Below, piece after piece: positions 1-12,387 of a DNA stretch of 64,000 bases. The translations under genes and the position numbers were made by a program. The DNA is from Octopus bimaculoides. Lineage: Eukaryota. Within the stretch, counting starts at the first letter, position 1, and the number at the start of each line of letters is the position of its first letter. The notes below the pieces were generated by a model. It was given only the letters and a program-made list of their open reading frames with translations, did no database searches and was not told the origin of the DNA. Location: positions 155,062,984 through 155,126,983 of the forward strand of contig NC_068983.1 of the NCBI RefSeq assembly GCF_001194135.2, read 5' to 3'.

Positions 1-679
1 ATATATATGATGTGTGTTCTATATATTTCGTATGTATGTGTGTGTACACATACACACACTGTGTACACATTTCTGCTTATTAATTCTTATTGTCTGTTTA
101 TTCTTTATTTTTCCATAAACTCTCAATGGAACATCTGCCCATCTCTCTCTCTCTTTCTCTTCTCTCCTCTCCTCCTCCTCTCTCTCTTCTTCTTTCTCTT
201 CCACCCTTCAGGATATATGGGAATGTCCCAATTTCTATATATCGTTAAGTTAGTCACTTGAGATTAATTCTATGAAATATTAATGAGACATTGCAGAAAC
301 ATGGACAGCAGCAACAACAACAGCAGCAACAACAGCAGCAAACCTCAACACTTTCATATTAACAATCATATGCGAAGCTATTCCAAATGGGATTCAAAAA
401 ACCTAACTGCTGTTATTTTTGTTGTTGTTGTTGTTCTCATTTCTCCTCTTCTTCTTCTTCTTCTTATTGTTATTGTAACGAAGGCGTTTGATGGCAATGA
501 CAGAGTTTAGCAGAGAGCCAGTCAAAACATGCCATTCTGTCTATTTCATGTGCTGTGTTCTAATCCTCTCACAGTCGACTTAGTTTTTCTCCCTTCCTGG
601 GTCATTATTAAATAAACAGACACCTTGCATCCCTCTCTAGTTGAGTGTTCCTAATCTTGTGGGCTCGTGGGTGTTGGTT

Positions 680-900
680 CCATGTAAAAAGCACATGTAC
701 CGGTGCCACAGAAATGCACCTGTGCCAGTGCTGCGTAAAAAGCACCCAGTAGATTATAAAATGGTTGGCATTAAGGAGGGCTTCCAGCTGTAGAAACCAT
801 ACCAAGACAGACATGGAACCTGGGCAGCTCTTCAGTTGGTCAGCTCCTGTCAAACAGTCCAACCCATGCCAGCATGGAAAACAGACGTTAAATCATCATG
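680..900 (+). mobile_element. RTE-tail repeat (family A), diverged
   Basis: Ends CCAACCCATGCCAGCATGGAAAACAGACGTTAAAT, the same tail as the RTE LINE at 12388-13742; short ~22-nt GCAC-anchored repeats upstream. Confidence 0.7.
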
Positions 901-1239
901 ATTTTATGATTTTGTTCATGTCACCTCATTTACATATGTAAGGCTTTCAATGTTTTTTTTTTGTTTCTGGTTTCTTTAGCATTTTGCCTTTGTTCTGTCC
1001 TTAACATCTTTGATCCCTGTGGTTAATAAGAGAAGTTATTACCGTTATTCTTTCCACTGAGGTTGACTTTGCCTTCCATCCTTTTGGGATTGATAATCTA
1101 AGTACCAGTTGAACACTGGAGGCCAATGTAATTGACTTAGGACTCTTCCCCTAAAATTGCTGGCATTGTACCATAATATGAAAGAATTATTATTAAAGGC
1201 AGCGAGATGGCAGAATTGTTGGTACACAAGACAAAATGC

Positions 1240-1580
1240 TTTTATCTTTTACTTGTTTCTGACATTTGACTGTGGTCATACTGGGGCTCTGACTTGAAGG
1301 GTTTTAGTCAAACAGATCAATCTCAGAATTTTGTTTTTTTAAACCTAGTGCTTGTTCTATTGGTCTCTCTTGCTGAACTGCTAAGTTATGGGGACATAAA
1401 CATACCAACATCGGCTGTCAAGCTNNNNNNNNNNTGAGCTTCTTTCAATTTCTGTCTACCAAATCCACTTACAAAGCCTTGGCCATCACAAGGCTATATT
1501 AGAAGACACTTGCCCAAGGTGCCACACAGTGGGACTGAACCCGGAGCCATGTAGTTGGGAAGCAAGCCTCTTACCACACC
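1240..1580 (-). mobile_element. tRNA-derived SINE (family B), interrupted by a gap
   Basis: Reverse-complement similarity to the full copy at 57529-57957, in both the head (GGCACCTTGGGCAAGTGTCTTCT) and the tail (CCAGYATGRCCACAGTCAAATG-like). Confidence 0.75.
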
Positions 1581-1583
1581 TCA

Positions 1584-1725
1584 GTAGAATTTTGTCCATC
1601 TTTATGTTCTGAGTTCAGATTTCTCCTAGGTTGACTATGCCTTTCATGTTTTCAGAGTTAATGAAATAAGCACCAGTTGAGCACTGGAATTGATATAATC
1701 AATTAGTTCCCCTCCTCCCAAAATT
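1584..1725 (+). mobile_element. tRNA-derived SINE (family C), partial
   Basis: GTTCTGAGTTCA...GGTTGACTATGCCTTTCATG...TAAGCACCAGTTGAGCACTGG matches 39223-39450. Confidence 0.6.
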
Positions 1726-1949
1726 TCATGGTAATGTTATGTGCAGCATGTTATACAATATTTAGTTTTGTATCAATGATTAAATGTAGATATAATGGTT
1801 TAGAATAACAGAAATGGTAAATAAAAACCAGACTAGATGCCCAGCTTACCACTCATGACCTACAGAATCCACGACACTCGTCTTCTTCTTGTGCCTATGT
1901 GAGCAGACAAAATGAGGGTGATAATAATAATGATATTAGCATTGTACCT

Positions 1950-2300
1950 TAGAGGAAAATCCTTGGATTACACCCTGATACACTTTGCCAGTAAGACATC
2001 CGAGTGAGATCATTGCCAGTGCCGATGGACTGGCTCCTATGCAGGTGGCACATAAAATACACCATTTTGAGCGTGGCCGTTGCCAGTACCCACCTGACTG
2101 GCCCTCGTGCCGGTGGCACGTAAAAACACCCACTACACTCTCGGAGTGGTTGGCGTTAGGAAGGGCATCCAGCTGTAGAAACTCTGCCAAATCAGATTGG
2201 AGCCTGGTGTAGCCTCCTGGTCCACCAGTCCTCAGTCAAATCTTCCAACCCATGCTAGCATGGAAAGCGGACGTTAAACGACGACGATGATGATGATGAT
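1950..2300 (+). mobile_element. RTE-tail repeat (family A), young
   Basis: Two ~66-nt units, then CACTACACTCTCGGAGTGGTTGGCGTTAGGAAGGGCATCCAGCTGTAGAAAC...GCGGACGTTAAACGACGACGATGATGATG tail. Confidence 0.85.
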
Positions 2301-3298
2301 ACACGCTTTGGTATTACTGTTCAGCTCAAAATAAACCCTGATTGAGCAGACCTATGATCAGGATCATTCTGGCTGTGATCATCCTTTTTTTTTTTTTTCA
2401 GTTAAAATCAACTGTCAGATTTCCCTCAATCTACAGCTCACTTTAGTCCTGTAGACACTGCTTTTGAAAAATAAACTGGATGGTCATGGCTTAAATGTCT
2501 TTGACCGTAGGCTTGTTTGATCAAAATTAACCTGGAGATAAACATCAATGTCTACTATATACTACACATCCTTATGCATGTACATCTTGCAATGAAAACT
2601 TTTACAATGTCCTCAAATGCTAGGCACAACATTGGCCAACCAGATGGTGATAGACATCCAATGGCCGTAATACTATATATTGCAAAAGTTAGCTTTCCCC
2701 TCCAGAGTCAGAAAATGTTTCACCTCTAAGCATTTGCTAACATCTCACTTTACAATTGGATTTCCACTCATATATCAGGAACAGTGCAGCTGTGATCTTC
2801 ATGCAGATGTTTTAGATCACTTGAACAAATGCCCAGCAATTTGCTTGCTATAAACATTAACTTTTCTTTCATTATGTGTTTTAGTCCCAAGCCACAAATT
2901 ATCATGTTTTTTGGCATGCAAGTTGATATTGTAAATAGTGTAAACATGTAGAGTAAACATTCAAACATTGGCACTATCTTTCGAAAGCCTGCTATATTCC
3001 ACATGGAATTTTTGGTCCTTCAAATTGTCTTGGTTTTTCAAAAAAAAAAAACTCACCATCATATTAATGTCTGCTTTTCCATGCTTGCATGGGTTGGATG
3101 GAGTTTGAAATAGATTTTCTATGTTCAGATGCCCTTCCTGTCACCAACCCCCCATGTCTTTCAAAGTAAGATAATATTTCCTTATTGCCAGATATGTTTT
3201 TTGCAGAATATCGGAAAGTAATTACACGGCTTGTATATTATCAGTGATGGTCATTTACAACTAATACACGATATGAAGACTAGGAGAGAGAGAGAGAG

Positions 3299-3366
<68 letters not shown>

Positions 3367-3459
3367 ACACCTGGCTTCTTCAGGTTCTGCCTATGAAATC
3401 TGTTCAGAGGGTTTTGTTTGGTTAGAACTGACCCTGAAGCCATGTGGTTGGGAAGCTAA

Positions 3460-3697
3460 TACAGTTGTATATTTAAGAGATGAGGAATTATTTACATTAT
3501 TTACATTTGACGGATATTTGTCCTCATCTTGTTGTTAACACAACGTTTCGGCTGATATACCCTCCAGCCTTCGTCAGGTGTCTTGGGGAAATTTCGAACC
3601 TGGGTTCTCATTCCTAACGATGTTCCTATTATTATATTATTATTATTATTATTATTACTATTATTAATCAGGTCGCTGCCATGAATCGAACTCGGAA
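3460..3697 (-). mobile_element. Penelope-like terminal repeat (B-box remnant, (AAT)n, hammerhead, 3' tail)
   Basis: Reverse complement matches 54690-54827 and continues beyond it; 5'-truncated inside the tRNA-like part. Confidence 0.7.
3537..3582 (-). ncRNA. Minimal type I hammerhead ribozyme-like motif
   Basis: Minus strand GACAC CTGACGA A GGCTG GAGGGTATAT CAGCC GAAAC GTT GTGTT: stem I GACAC/GTGTT (one G.U), stem II GGCTG/CAGCC, palindromic AACGTT in place of stem III. Confidence 0.55.
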
Positions 3698-3800
3698 CTA
3701 CTCAACTGCACAAGCATGCTTGCACCTCAAGACAAAAAAAAAAAAACTTTTCAATTATTGCTGAGAAATTTTTTTGTTATTTGTTATTTTCTCTCTAAAT

Positions 3801-4026
3801 CAGTGGTTCTCAGCCATTTTTTACTCATGAACCCATATAATTCCTATTTTACTAGGGTGGACTCTCACAGTCAATTGATGTGTAAAAAAAATCCATTAAT
3901 AATTTTGTAATTTAATATCATTAGGAATTGTAAAAATATTGCTTGCATATTGCAGAAGTATAACCAATTTATTGCAGATAAGTTCTAACAACAAAATCTT
4001 ATATGGACTGTCGTTAAAGACCACTA
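3801..4026. mobile_element. hAT (Charlie-like) MITE
   Basis: Imperfect TIRs CAGTGGTTCTCAGCC / GTTAAAGACCACTA; perfect 8-bp TSD CTCTAAAT at 3793-3800 and 4027-4034. Confidence 0.85.
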
Positions 4027-4159
4027 CTCTAAATTGCATATTGTGGAAGTTTAACTCTTTGAAACAGGAACCAAGCACTAATCTAAACCTTGGCCTTGAA
4101 CCATTATTTTGAAATTTTAATGTGCATAAAGCCAGATAGAGTCACTTGTTTCATGTACT

Positions 4160-4329
4160 TCATCATCATCATCATCATCGTCGTTTAACGTCCGCTTTCC
4201 ATGCTAGCATGGGTTGGACAATTTGACTGAGGACTGGTGAAACCAGATGGCTACACCAGGCTCCAATCTGATTTGGCAGAGTTTCTACAGCTGGATGCCC
4301 TTCCTAACGCCAACCACTCCGAGAGTGTA
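4160..4329 (-). mobile_element. RTE-tail repeat (family A), young
   Basis: (CAT)n-CGTTTAACGTCCGCTTTCCATGCTAGCATGGGTTGG...GCCAACCACTCCGAGAGTGTA; near-identical to the reverse complement of 2130-2300. Confidence 0.85.
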
Positions 4330-5192
4330 CTTAGTTTTCAATTTAGTTATTTTATTTATTTTATTTTTTTTTTTTTTTTGGTTAATTTTTATTTATTTTT
4401 AAACACCGAATCTTATTAAATTGCGAAATAAAATCTCGGGGAAATTTAAATTGCCGATAACACAATGGAAAGACGAAAATGAGGTAACTGGTTTCGGTTT
4501 ATTTTTGCACAAGACAGGGAGAAAGAGCGAAGGATCATGGGAGGAGTGGAGAATTATGGGAGGAGTTTATAATAAACACAACAACAACAACAACAACAAC
4601 AACAGCAACTACAATGACAATACTAATAATAACAATGATGACGATTCCAATAATAATTATAATAATATTATGATTATGATGATAAGGATAATGAGGATGT
4701 TGCAGATTTGGGAAAACAGGGCTGGAAGACTTTGAAATCAATATTTCTTTGTAGCAGGCTAGGAGATTGAACTTAAATCAATTTATGTGTGTAAGAAGAT
4801 TTATTTAAATTAGAAGAGTAGTAGAGGGGGAGGAGGAGTAGAGAGAGAAGGCAGCAGGGGGGAGATAGTGTATATGGACTTATGCATGTGTGCTTGTGTG
4901 TAACTGTATGAGGACAAATAGGACAGAAAGCATATTCCATGAAAATACGTTCACTTTCTTCTCTCTTTTCCCCTCTCTCTCTCTCTCTCGCACACACACG
5001 TGCATGCACACGCATTTATGCGCTATGTTTTTAAGCTAGACTTAAATACATATAAATGCTCATATACCTGTGTGTATGTGTTTGTGAGCATGCATATAGA
5101 TGTATGTGTGTATTTATTTATATGTATATATTGACATATGAATATGGGTATATTATGCAACATACATTTGCATGTATTCTATAAGCACCTTA

Positions 5193-5226
<34 letters not shown>

Positions 5227-5465
5227 CATATACACAGATGCACACACACACACACCAACACAGACACATATAATCATCGTATAGAAAGAAGGTAGAACAT
5301 GAAATGCAAAAAAAAATTATTTCTCTGTGAAATTGATTTACCGTTTTCTTCACAAAAGAAATATTATTGATTTTTAAGTCCGTTCGTTGTTCCCTTTTAA
5401 CAAAAAAGACATAAAAAAAATAATAAAACTATATATTAAATATCTTGCTCTTACTTTCCTTCTCC

Positions 5466-5466
5466 T

Positions 5467-5503
<37 letters not shown>

Positions 5504-5628
5504 CCATCACCATCATAATCATTGTCAATGTAACAAATGCTGTTGGTGGTAGTGTGTTCTTCATATTGCTATTATTATCATCATCATCATTATCATCATC
5601 ATCATCATCATCATATCATTATTAATGC

Positions 5629-5677
<49 letters not shown>

Positions 5678-5680
5678 GTT
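5466..5680. repeat. (CAT)n and (ATT)n microsatellites
   Basis: Seen directly; source of the poly-His/poly-Ile ORF at 5537. Confidence 0.95.
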
Positions 5681-5929
5681 GCAATTTTATTCTCCCGCCC
5701 AGTCCCTCTCCTATTATGGTCGGTTCTCTCTCTCTCTCTCTCTCTCGCTCTCCTTTTTTTTTTCTTCTCCAGCTTCTGTCCTGATGTGAGTGTTAAAAAT
5801 AAGATGAAAAACAGGTTTCATAACAAACACCAATTCCCCACTTCATAACATCTAGAGATGTTGTTATTGTTGTTGTAGTTGTTTTATTATTGTGGTAGGC
5901 ACAGATACACACACACACACTAGGTATGT

Positions 5930-5968
5930 ATATTTATATATATATATGTTTGTGTGTATTTTATATAT

Positions 5969-6056
<88 letters not shown>

Positions 6057-6108
6057 ACATGCACCCAATAGGTATGCATATATATGTGTATTATATTGTG
6101 TGTGTTCA

Positions 6109-6158
<50 letters not shown>

Positions 6159-6210
6159 CAATAGGCATGCACACATATATATATATATATATATATACAT
6201 ATATATAAAC
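5930..6210. repeat. (TA)n compound microsatellite
   Basis: Seen directly. Confidence 0.95.
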
Positions 6211-7270
6211 ACGTCAACGCACGCACACACACTACATATTTTCATTTATGTTTTGTTTACTTATCTTCAGATTTGCTTTTTCTAATAATGTTGAAACTTG
6301 AAGAAACTACACTCACGTATGTGTGTGTGTGTGTGTATGCGTGTGTGTTTGTGTGTGCAATATTAAGGTAATAAAATATGATAAATGTACACATGCCTAT
6401 TTACTGTCATACAGAGAACATGATACCCCCACACACACTTGAAAGCAGAAGAAAAAAAAAAATACGACAAAATACATTTCTGCAGACAGAACCGCACTCG
6501 CTTGTCCACTATGAGGGAAGAACAGGACACATACATAAAACAATGGAAACAACAGCTACAATTACATTGCAGCAAAAGTATATTATAAATAGTAAAATAT
6601 GAAATAAGAATAAGTCTTACATATTTTCTCGTTATAATATTTAATATAAAAATGTTTTGTTGCCGTTTCTGTGGCTGTTTTGTTGTGCTGCAGTTAGTAA
6701 AGTACAACAAAGCCAGTAATTATATACTATATATTACTATATATATATATATTTTCTATCTGTCTCTCTCTCTCCCCCTCTTTGTCTTTTTCTCTCTCGC
6801 TGCTCACACGTGACCATCATCCATCTTTCTTTTCCTGCACGACGTTTTAAGGACTGAATGTTTTATTTCTCTCTCTTCTATCTTTTCTCTTTTCAAAGAA
6901 AATATTTCTCCCAGTGTTCACTATTTTTCTCTCGTTCTGGTCTAATGACCCTCCATGTTTGTTTTCATTTGGTTTCCTTGTATGTCTCCACTGTCCTTTT
7001 TTCGTTCCCAATGTTGACCCCTCCATAAATCCAAAATTTTATTTGGAATTTATGGGAGCAACTGTCTTCAAAGACTCGTATTGTCTTTGAATGCTGGAAA
7101 TGAGGAGTAGATAATAGCCAACAACTGATGAAGGGTCGTTACTTTTTCTATTTTCTTCTCTCGTTTGCTTATTTACTTTGTTTCTTTTCATATTTCATGT
7201 TATTCACAGTTGGTGACATCCTGTACCCATGTATGCCCATATATACATATATATATATATTATTTATATT

Positions 7271-7318
<48 letters not shown>

Positions 7319-7720
7319 CAAAGGCGTATCTATGTGGTATGAAGATTGCTTCTCAAACAACATGATTCTGGGTTCAATCCCTGTTTGTGGTGCACCTTGG
7401 GCAAGTGTTTTAGTCTTGGACTGACCAAAGTCTTATAAGTGTATTTAGTAGATGGAAATTGAAAGAAGCCTGTTTATATACATACGTATATGTGTGAAAT
7501 TGCATTTGACCTGCTGGCCTGCTAACTGATGAGGAGTTGGCAACCATCCATGTCTGTTTCTCATTTGTGCATTTATTATGTTTTTTAACTCATATATNNN
7601 NNNNNNNNNNNNNNNNNNNNNNNNNNNNNNNNNNNNNNNNNNNNNNNNNNNNNNNNNNNNNNNNNNNNNNNNNNNNNNNNNNNNNNNNNNNNNNNNNNNN
7701 NNNNNNNNNNNNNNNNNNNN

Positions 7721-7838
7721 CAGCAAGCATTTGCTTCACCACATACCGAAGTTCAGAAATAGCAGCTAAAAAAGCTGAGACTCCAACAGATAGCTGCTAT
7801 TTCTGAACTTCGGTATGTGGTGAAGCAAATGCTTGCTG
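7721..7838. repeat. Perfect 48-bp inverted repeat with 22-nt spacer, abutting a gap
   Basis: 7721-7768 is the exact reverse complement of 7791-7838. Confidence 0.85.
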
Positions 7839-8068
7839 ATCCCTTAATTATGTTTATAAATGTATAGGAACTTTTAAATAAGTTCTCCACCAATAATGGT
7901 GTTTACATTCCGAAGGGCTTGGTAAAAATTATTAATTGTTGATTTATTAATAAATTGATAAATTGATAAACCTTTACCCTTTTAATTTGTAATAATTATA
8001 TATATATATATGATTGACCCCTAAATTCATAAGTTTTTTAAATTTTATCTGTTTATTTCCTCTTGTCC

Positions 8069-8165
8069 CTTTCTGTTGAAGAGTGTAGGCTCAAAACATA
8101 AAAGACTTTTTCACCTTCCTTAGCATCAAGCTAATACACCTGTCTTTGTCTTTTGTTTTTCTGTA
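8069..8165 (+). mobile_element. Repeat terminus with decayed hammerhead-like core (family F)
   Basis: CTTT CTGTTGA A GAGT GTAG GCTC AAAAC ATA AAAG; homologous to 24896-25020. Confidence 0.45.
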
Positions 8166-8628
8166 TATGCACGCGCGCGCACACACACACACGCGTAACT
8201 GTCGAATGATGAAAATGGGTGCCCAACACCACATTGGTGGATAGAATTTCTTTACTTGTGCATTAAGGCTACGGTTGGTTCTGTGTTAAGAAAAGTAGAG
8301 AAATATCTTAATAATGTTAACAATTTTTCAAGCTGATCATATGGAGAAATGGTGTTCATCTTCATTTTGGAGACGTGTGTGTGTGTGTGTGTGCATTGCA
8401 TCCCTGTAACTTAGAAGTTCGGCAAAATATACTGACAGAGTAAGCATCAGGGTCCAAGAAAAAACAAAAGGACTGGGGTCAGTTTGTCTAATAATTCTTG
8501 AAAGTGGTACTCCAGCATGGTCGCAGTCTATTGACTGATACAAGTCAGTGAATATGTATGCATTGGTGCAGGCATAACTGTAGTTAAGAGGCTTGCTTTC
8601 CAACCTTGTTACCTTAGATTTAGACCAC

Positions 8629-8820
8629 GTTCGAATGGTGGTTTTTATGTGCCACCAGCACAAGTGCCAGTCAGGTGGCACTGGCATCGACCACGACTAC
8701 GATTTCACTTGACTCAACAGGTCTTCTCATGTACAGCATATTGCCCGACAATTCAAGGGTACTTTTAAACGGGTTGGTTATGCGACACCAGCATCTGCCA
8801 TGGCTGCGATCTCACTTTAT
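8629..8820 (-). mobile_element. RTE LINE 3' fragment (ORF end plus hairpin unit)
   Basis: Reverse complement resembles 13130-13350 (GCTGTACATGAGAAGACCTGTTGAGTCAAGTGAAATC...GATGCCAGTGCCACCTGACTGG). Confidence 0.65.
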
Positions 8821-9254
8821 TTGCCAGGCTTTTTCATATATGTGTCACCATTCTCAGCTAATAACCCTTTTCCATGCTGGCATGGGTTTGATGGATTGAC
8901 AAGCTGGCAACCTGGAGAGCTGCTCCAGACCCCAGTCACATATATGTGTGTGTGCATGCATGTAAAAGCATCATCTCTCTTTTGTCCTTCCCATGTTAAC
9001 AGTATCATCACTTCTATCCTGTTTCTGCTCTCTTCTTGCTTCCATTTACCTCCTCAACTCATGCAGCATTGGCCATCCCCATCCCGCTTTATCCGCCATT
9101 CCCTACAACCACCCTTCAGCCCTACCCAATCCTTACACATGTTTCCCTCCTTCCATCCTCTTACTTTCTTGCTAACTACACCCGCTCGCACTCCTATTTT
9201 CTCTAACTCCACTCCCTTCTTCCCACCTTGTACCTTAACCATTTAGATAGTAAC

Positions 9255-9410
9255 CCAGCAGAAGCCGCCTCTGGCTCTGTAGTACAAATGTCTTGTTTTC
9301 AAAAGTTTTGAATCAAAATCTTCTACCAAACCTCAGTCACTACTTATGTTCCTAACACTATCTTAATGATAACCAAGTTATTTTACTTAATTGAAAGAAA
9401 CGCACAGCAT
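9255..9410. mobile_element. piggyBac-like MITE, partial
   Basis: Shares AAATGTCTTGTTTTCA...CTTAATGATAACCAAGTTATTTTACT with 28785-28994. Confidence 0.6.
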
Positions 9411-9932
9411 ATCATACTATGTGCCATTCTTTTCTAAATTGATTGAATGTAGTTTGAAGAATGTGGATGCCAATATACATTATGATAGCAATGAGAATAA
9501 TAAATATTTGTGATTGGAATTATATGATACAGAATCTGTTAAAGAATTTAATTAGATTTAATTAGATTTACTATTCATATACATGTTTCATGTATGGTTA
9601 AGATGTTGGCTTCACCACCATATGTCTCCAGGTTTTGATCCTGGTGTGTTGTGCCATGGGCAAGAATCTTCTAGAATGCTTTCACATTGATCAATACTTT
9701 TGTCAGGGAAATTTGGTTTGATGGAAACTGTGCGGGGTATGTTTGTGTTAAGTTTACACTGGTCTGTATCCCGCAAACTAGCATTTTGACAAATAGATGT
9801 AGATATAATGACTATTCAGGCTGGAATAAGAACTGGGGCTGACATGATTGACTTTGACCATTTATGGCAGAACACAGCTTGGCTGCAATTCTATGGCTGA
9901 AATTGCTAAAGAAAAAATATATTTAGTTATCT

Positions 9933-10100
9933 TCGTCGTCATTTAACGTCCGTTTTCCATGCTAGCATGGGTTGGATGATTTGACTGATGACTGGTGAAA
10001 CCAGATGGCTACACCAGGCTCCAATCTGATTCGGCAGAGTTTCTACAGCTGGATGCCCTTCCTAACGCCAACCACTCAGAGAGTGTAGTGGGTGCTTTTA
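9933..10100 (-). mobile_element. RTE-tail repeat (family A), young
   Basis: Closely similar to 4160-4329. Confidence 0.85.
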
Positions 10101-10145
10101 TAGTTATATGTAAACATAATAAAAAAAATTATATCTATATATATC

Positions 10146-10191
<46 letters not shown>

Positions 10192-10246
10192 AATGTACAT
10201 ACATGTTTTCATCTGAAGCTATCACTTCATTCTGTCATCATCATCA

Positions 10247-10308
<62 letters not shown>

Positions 10309-11234
10309 ATAGAAAGGNNNNNNNNNNNNNNNNNNNNNNNNNNNNNNNNNNNNNNNNNNNNNNNNNNNNNNNNNNNNNNNNNNNNNNNNNNNNNNNNNNN
10401 NNNNNNNNNNNNNNNNNNNNNNNNNNNNNNNNNNNNNNNNNNNNNNNNNNNNNNNNNNNNNNNNNNNNNNNNNNNNNNNNNNNNNNNNNNNNNNNNNNNN
10501 NNNNNNNNNNNNNNNNNNNNNNTATATATATATATATATATTCTTTACATTTCAATGTTGAATGAAATAATTATAACTTAACTTTAATTCATGCATATTG
10601 AAATATCCTGTTTTGATCTGTATCTACATATGTTTCAAAAATGTGCGTGTATTTGTGTGTGTATGTGAATATATTATGTGTATCATGTATGCAGGTGAAG
10701 TATTTGTATACGCACACATACACACACATATATACACAATAAATATGATTTTTATGTAATGTATACAATATTTATATGTTTATACAATACATGCTCATAC
10801 AAATGACCCAATATACATATAATATATATATAATATATATATAATATATATACACACATATGCATAAACACGCTGTAACATTTAGAGGAAATATAACACA
10901 ACAAAAACTGTGTCTGTATTCATATGTGTAATGTATATGTAATGTATGTATGCATGTGTGTATGTATGTAATGCTTGTATCTATACTTCATATATGTGTG
11001 TGTGTGTGCATGTATGTTTACTTCTGCGTATATGGCGAGTGGAAGAGTAAATGAGTGTGTGATTGACAGAATGTGGGTCTGTGTGCGTTTGTATAATTGT
11101 ATGTCTTGAATGTTCATATATGAAAGGAAATGACAGGCTATCTATTATCTCAGGATTATTTAAATACAGAGCATTTGAATAAATTTCAATCAGAATTAAT
11201 GAGCTGATGATGAAACAGATGGATCATCTTTAGT

Positions 11235-11271
<37 letters not shown>

Positions 11272-12253
11272 CTGTGACTGTCATCATTATCATAACCATT
11301 ATTACGAACATTATGGTGATTGTTTCTTATTGATCTGTGTTCTGCCTTCTCCCATCACAACCATCATCACCACCAATCATCACCACTATAGCCAGCATCA
11401 TCGTCATCACCTTCATCATCGTTATCATCATCATCTTCATGATCATCAGTCATCATCATCCTTATCATTGTTGTTGTTGTCGTCATCTTCGTCGCTGTCA
11501 TCATCGATGTTGCTTTCATTATTGATTTTTGCTCGATTTTTGTTTTATATATTGTTCATTTACTAGACAAAAATGAAATGCAACATATTTATTATCCTTG
11601 CTGAAAGTTTAGGGTAATAACCCTAATATTATTCTACAGGAAAACCGTTTGTTCTAAAGTTAAAGGGAAATATAATATGCTTTTCTTTATTTTCTTGTGT
11701 TCTTGTTCTCTCTCAAATTCTATAAGGTTTCATAGAAAATGGATTAGAGAAAGGAAAATTTGAAAAACTCCCAATGTTTGTTTAGATAATAGTAATTTTT
11801 AGATAATAGTATTACATGCATATTCTTCCATGTAATTATCCTTCAAAATACAATGTTGTAATGCCAATAATATTAGTGATACTAGGGATCTGTTATTTGT
11901 TTCAGCAGTTGGACTGCAACAGCCATACTGGAGCACCACCATGAAGAGTTTTTAGTTGAATGAATCACCCCCCCCCAGTACTTATGTCTTTAAGCCTGGT
12001 ACTTATCTATCGATTTCTTTTGTTGAACCACTAAGTTACAGGGGACGTAAACATACTGACACCAGACTGCCCTTGTGGGAGGGTTTTTAGTTAAACAAAT
12101 CAAGTCCAGAGTTCATTTTTTTAAGTCTGATGCTTATTCGAACAATCCCTTTTGCTGAGCTAAGTTAAAGCAATGTAAACAAACCCACACTGGTAGCACT
12201 AACACAAACACAAAAAAACACATCTCTAGATATATATGCTCCTACGCACACTT

Positions 12254-12295
<42 letters not shown>

Positions 12296-12387
12296 TGGCC
12301 TCCTTTCAATTTCCATCTGAGGGAACATAAATGAAAACTGGTTCTCAAGCAGTGGGAGGAGACAAACACGAAGACACACGCACACAC

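Noticed and set aside
8960-9250. C-rich ORF 8800-9246 as a gene
   Set aside because: It overlaps repeat fragments and is low-complexity; more likely a decayed LINE-like 3' region.
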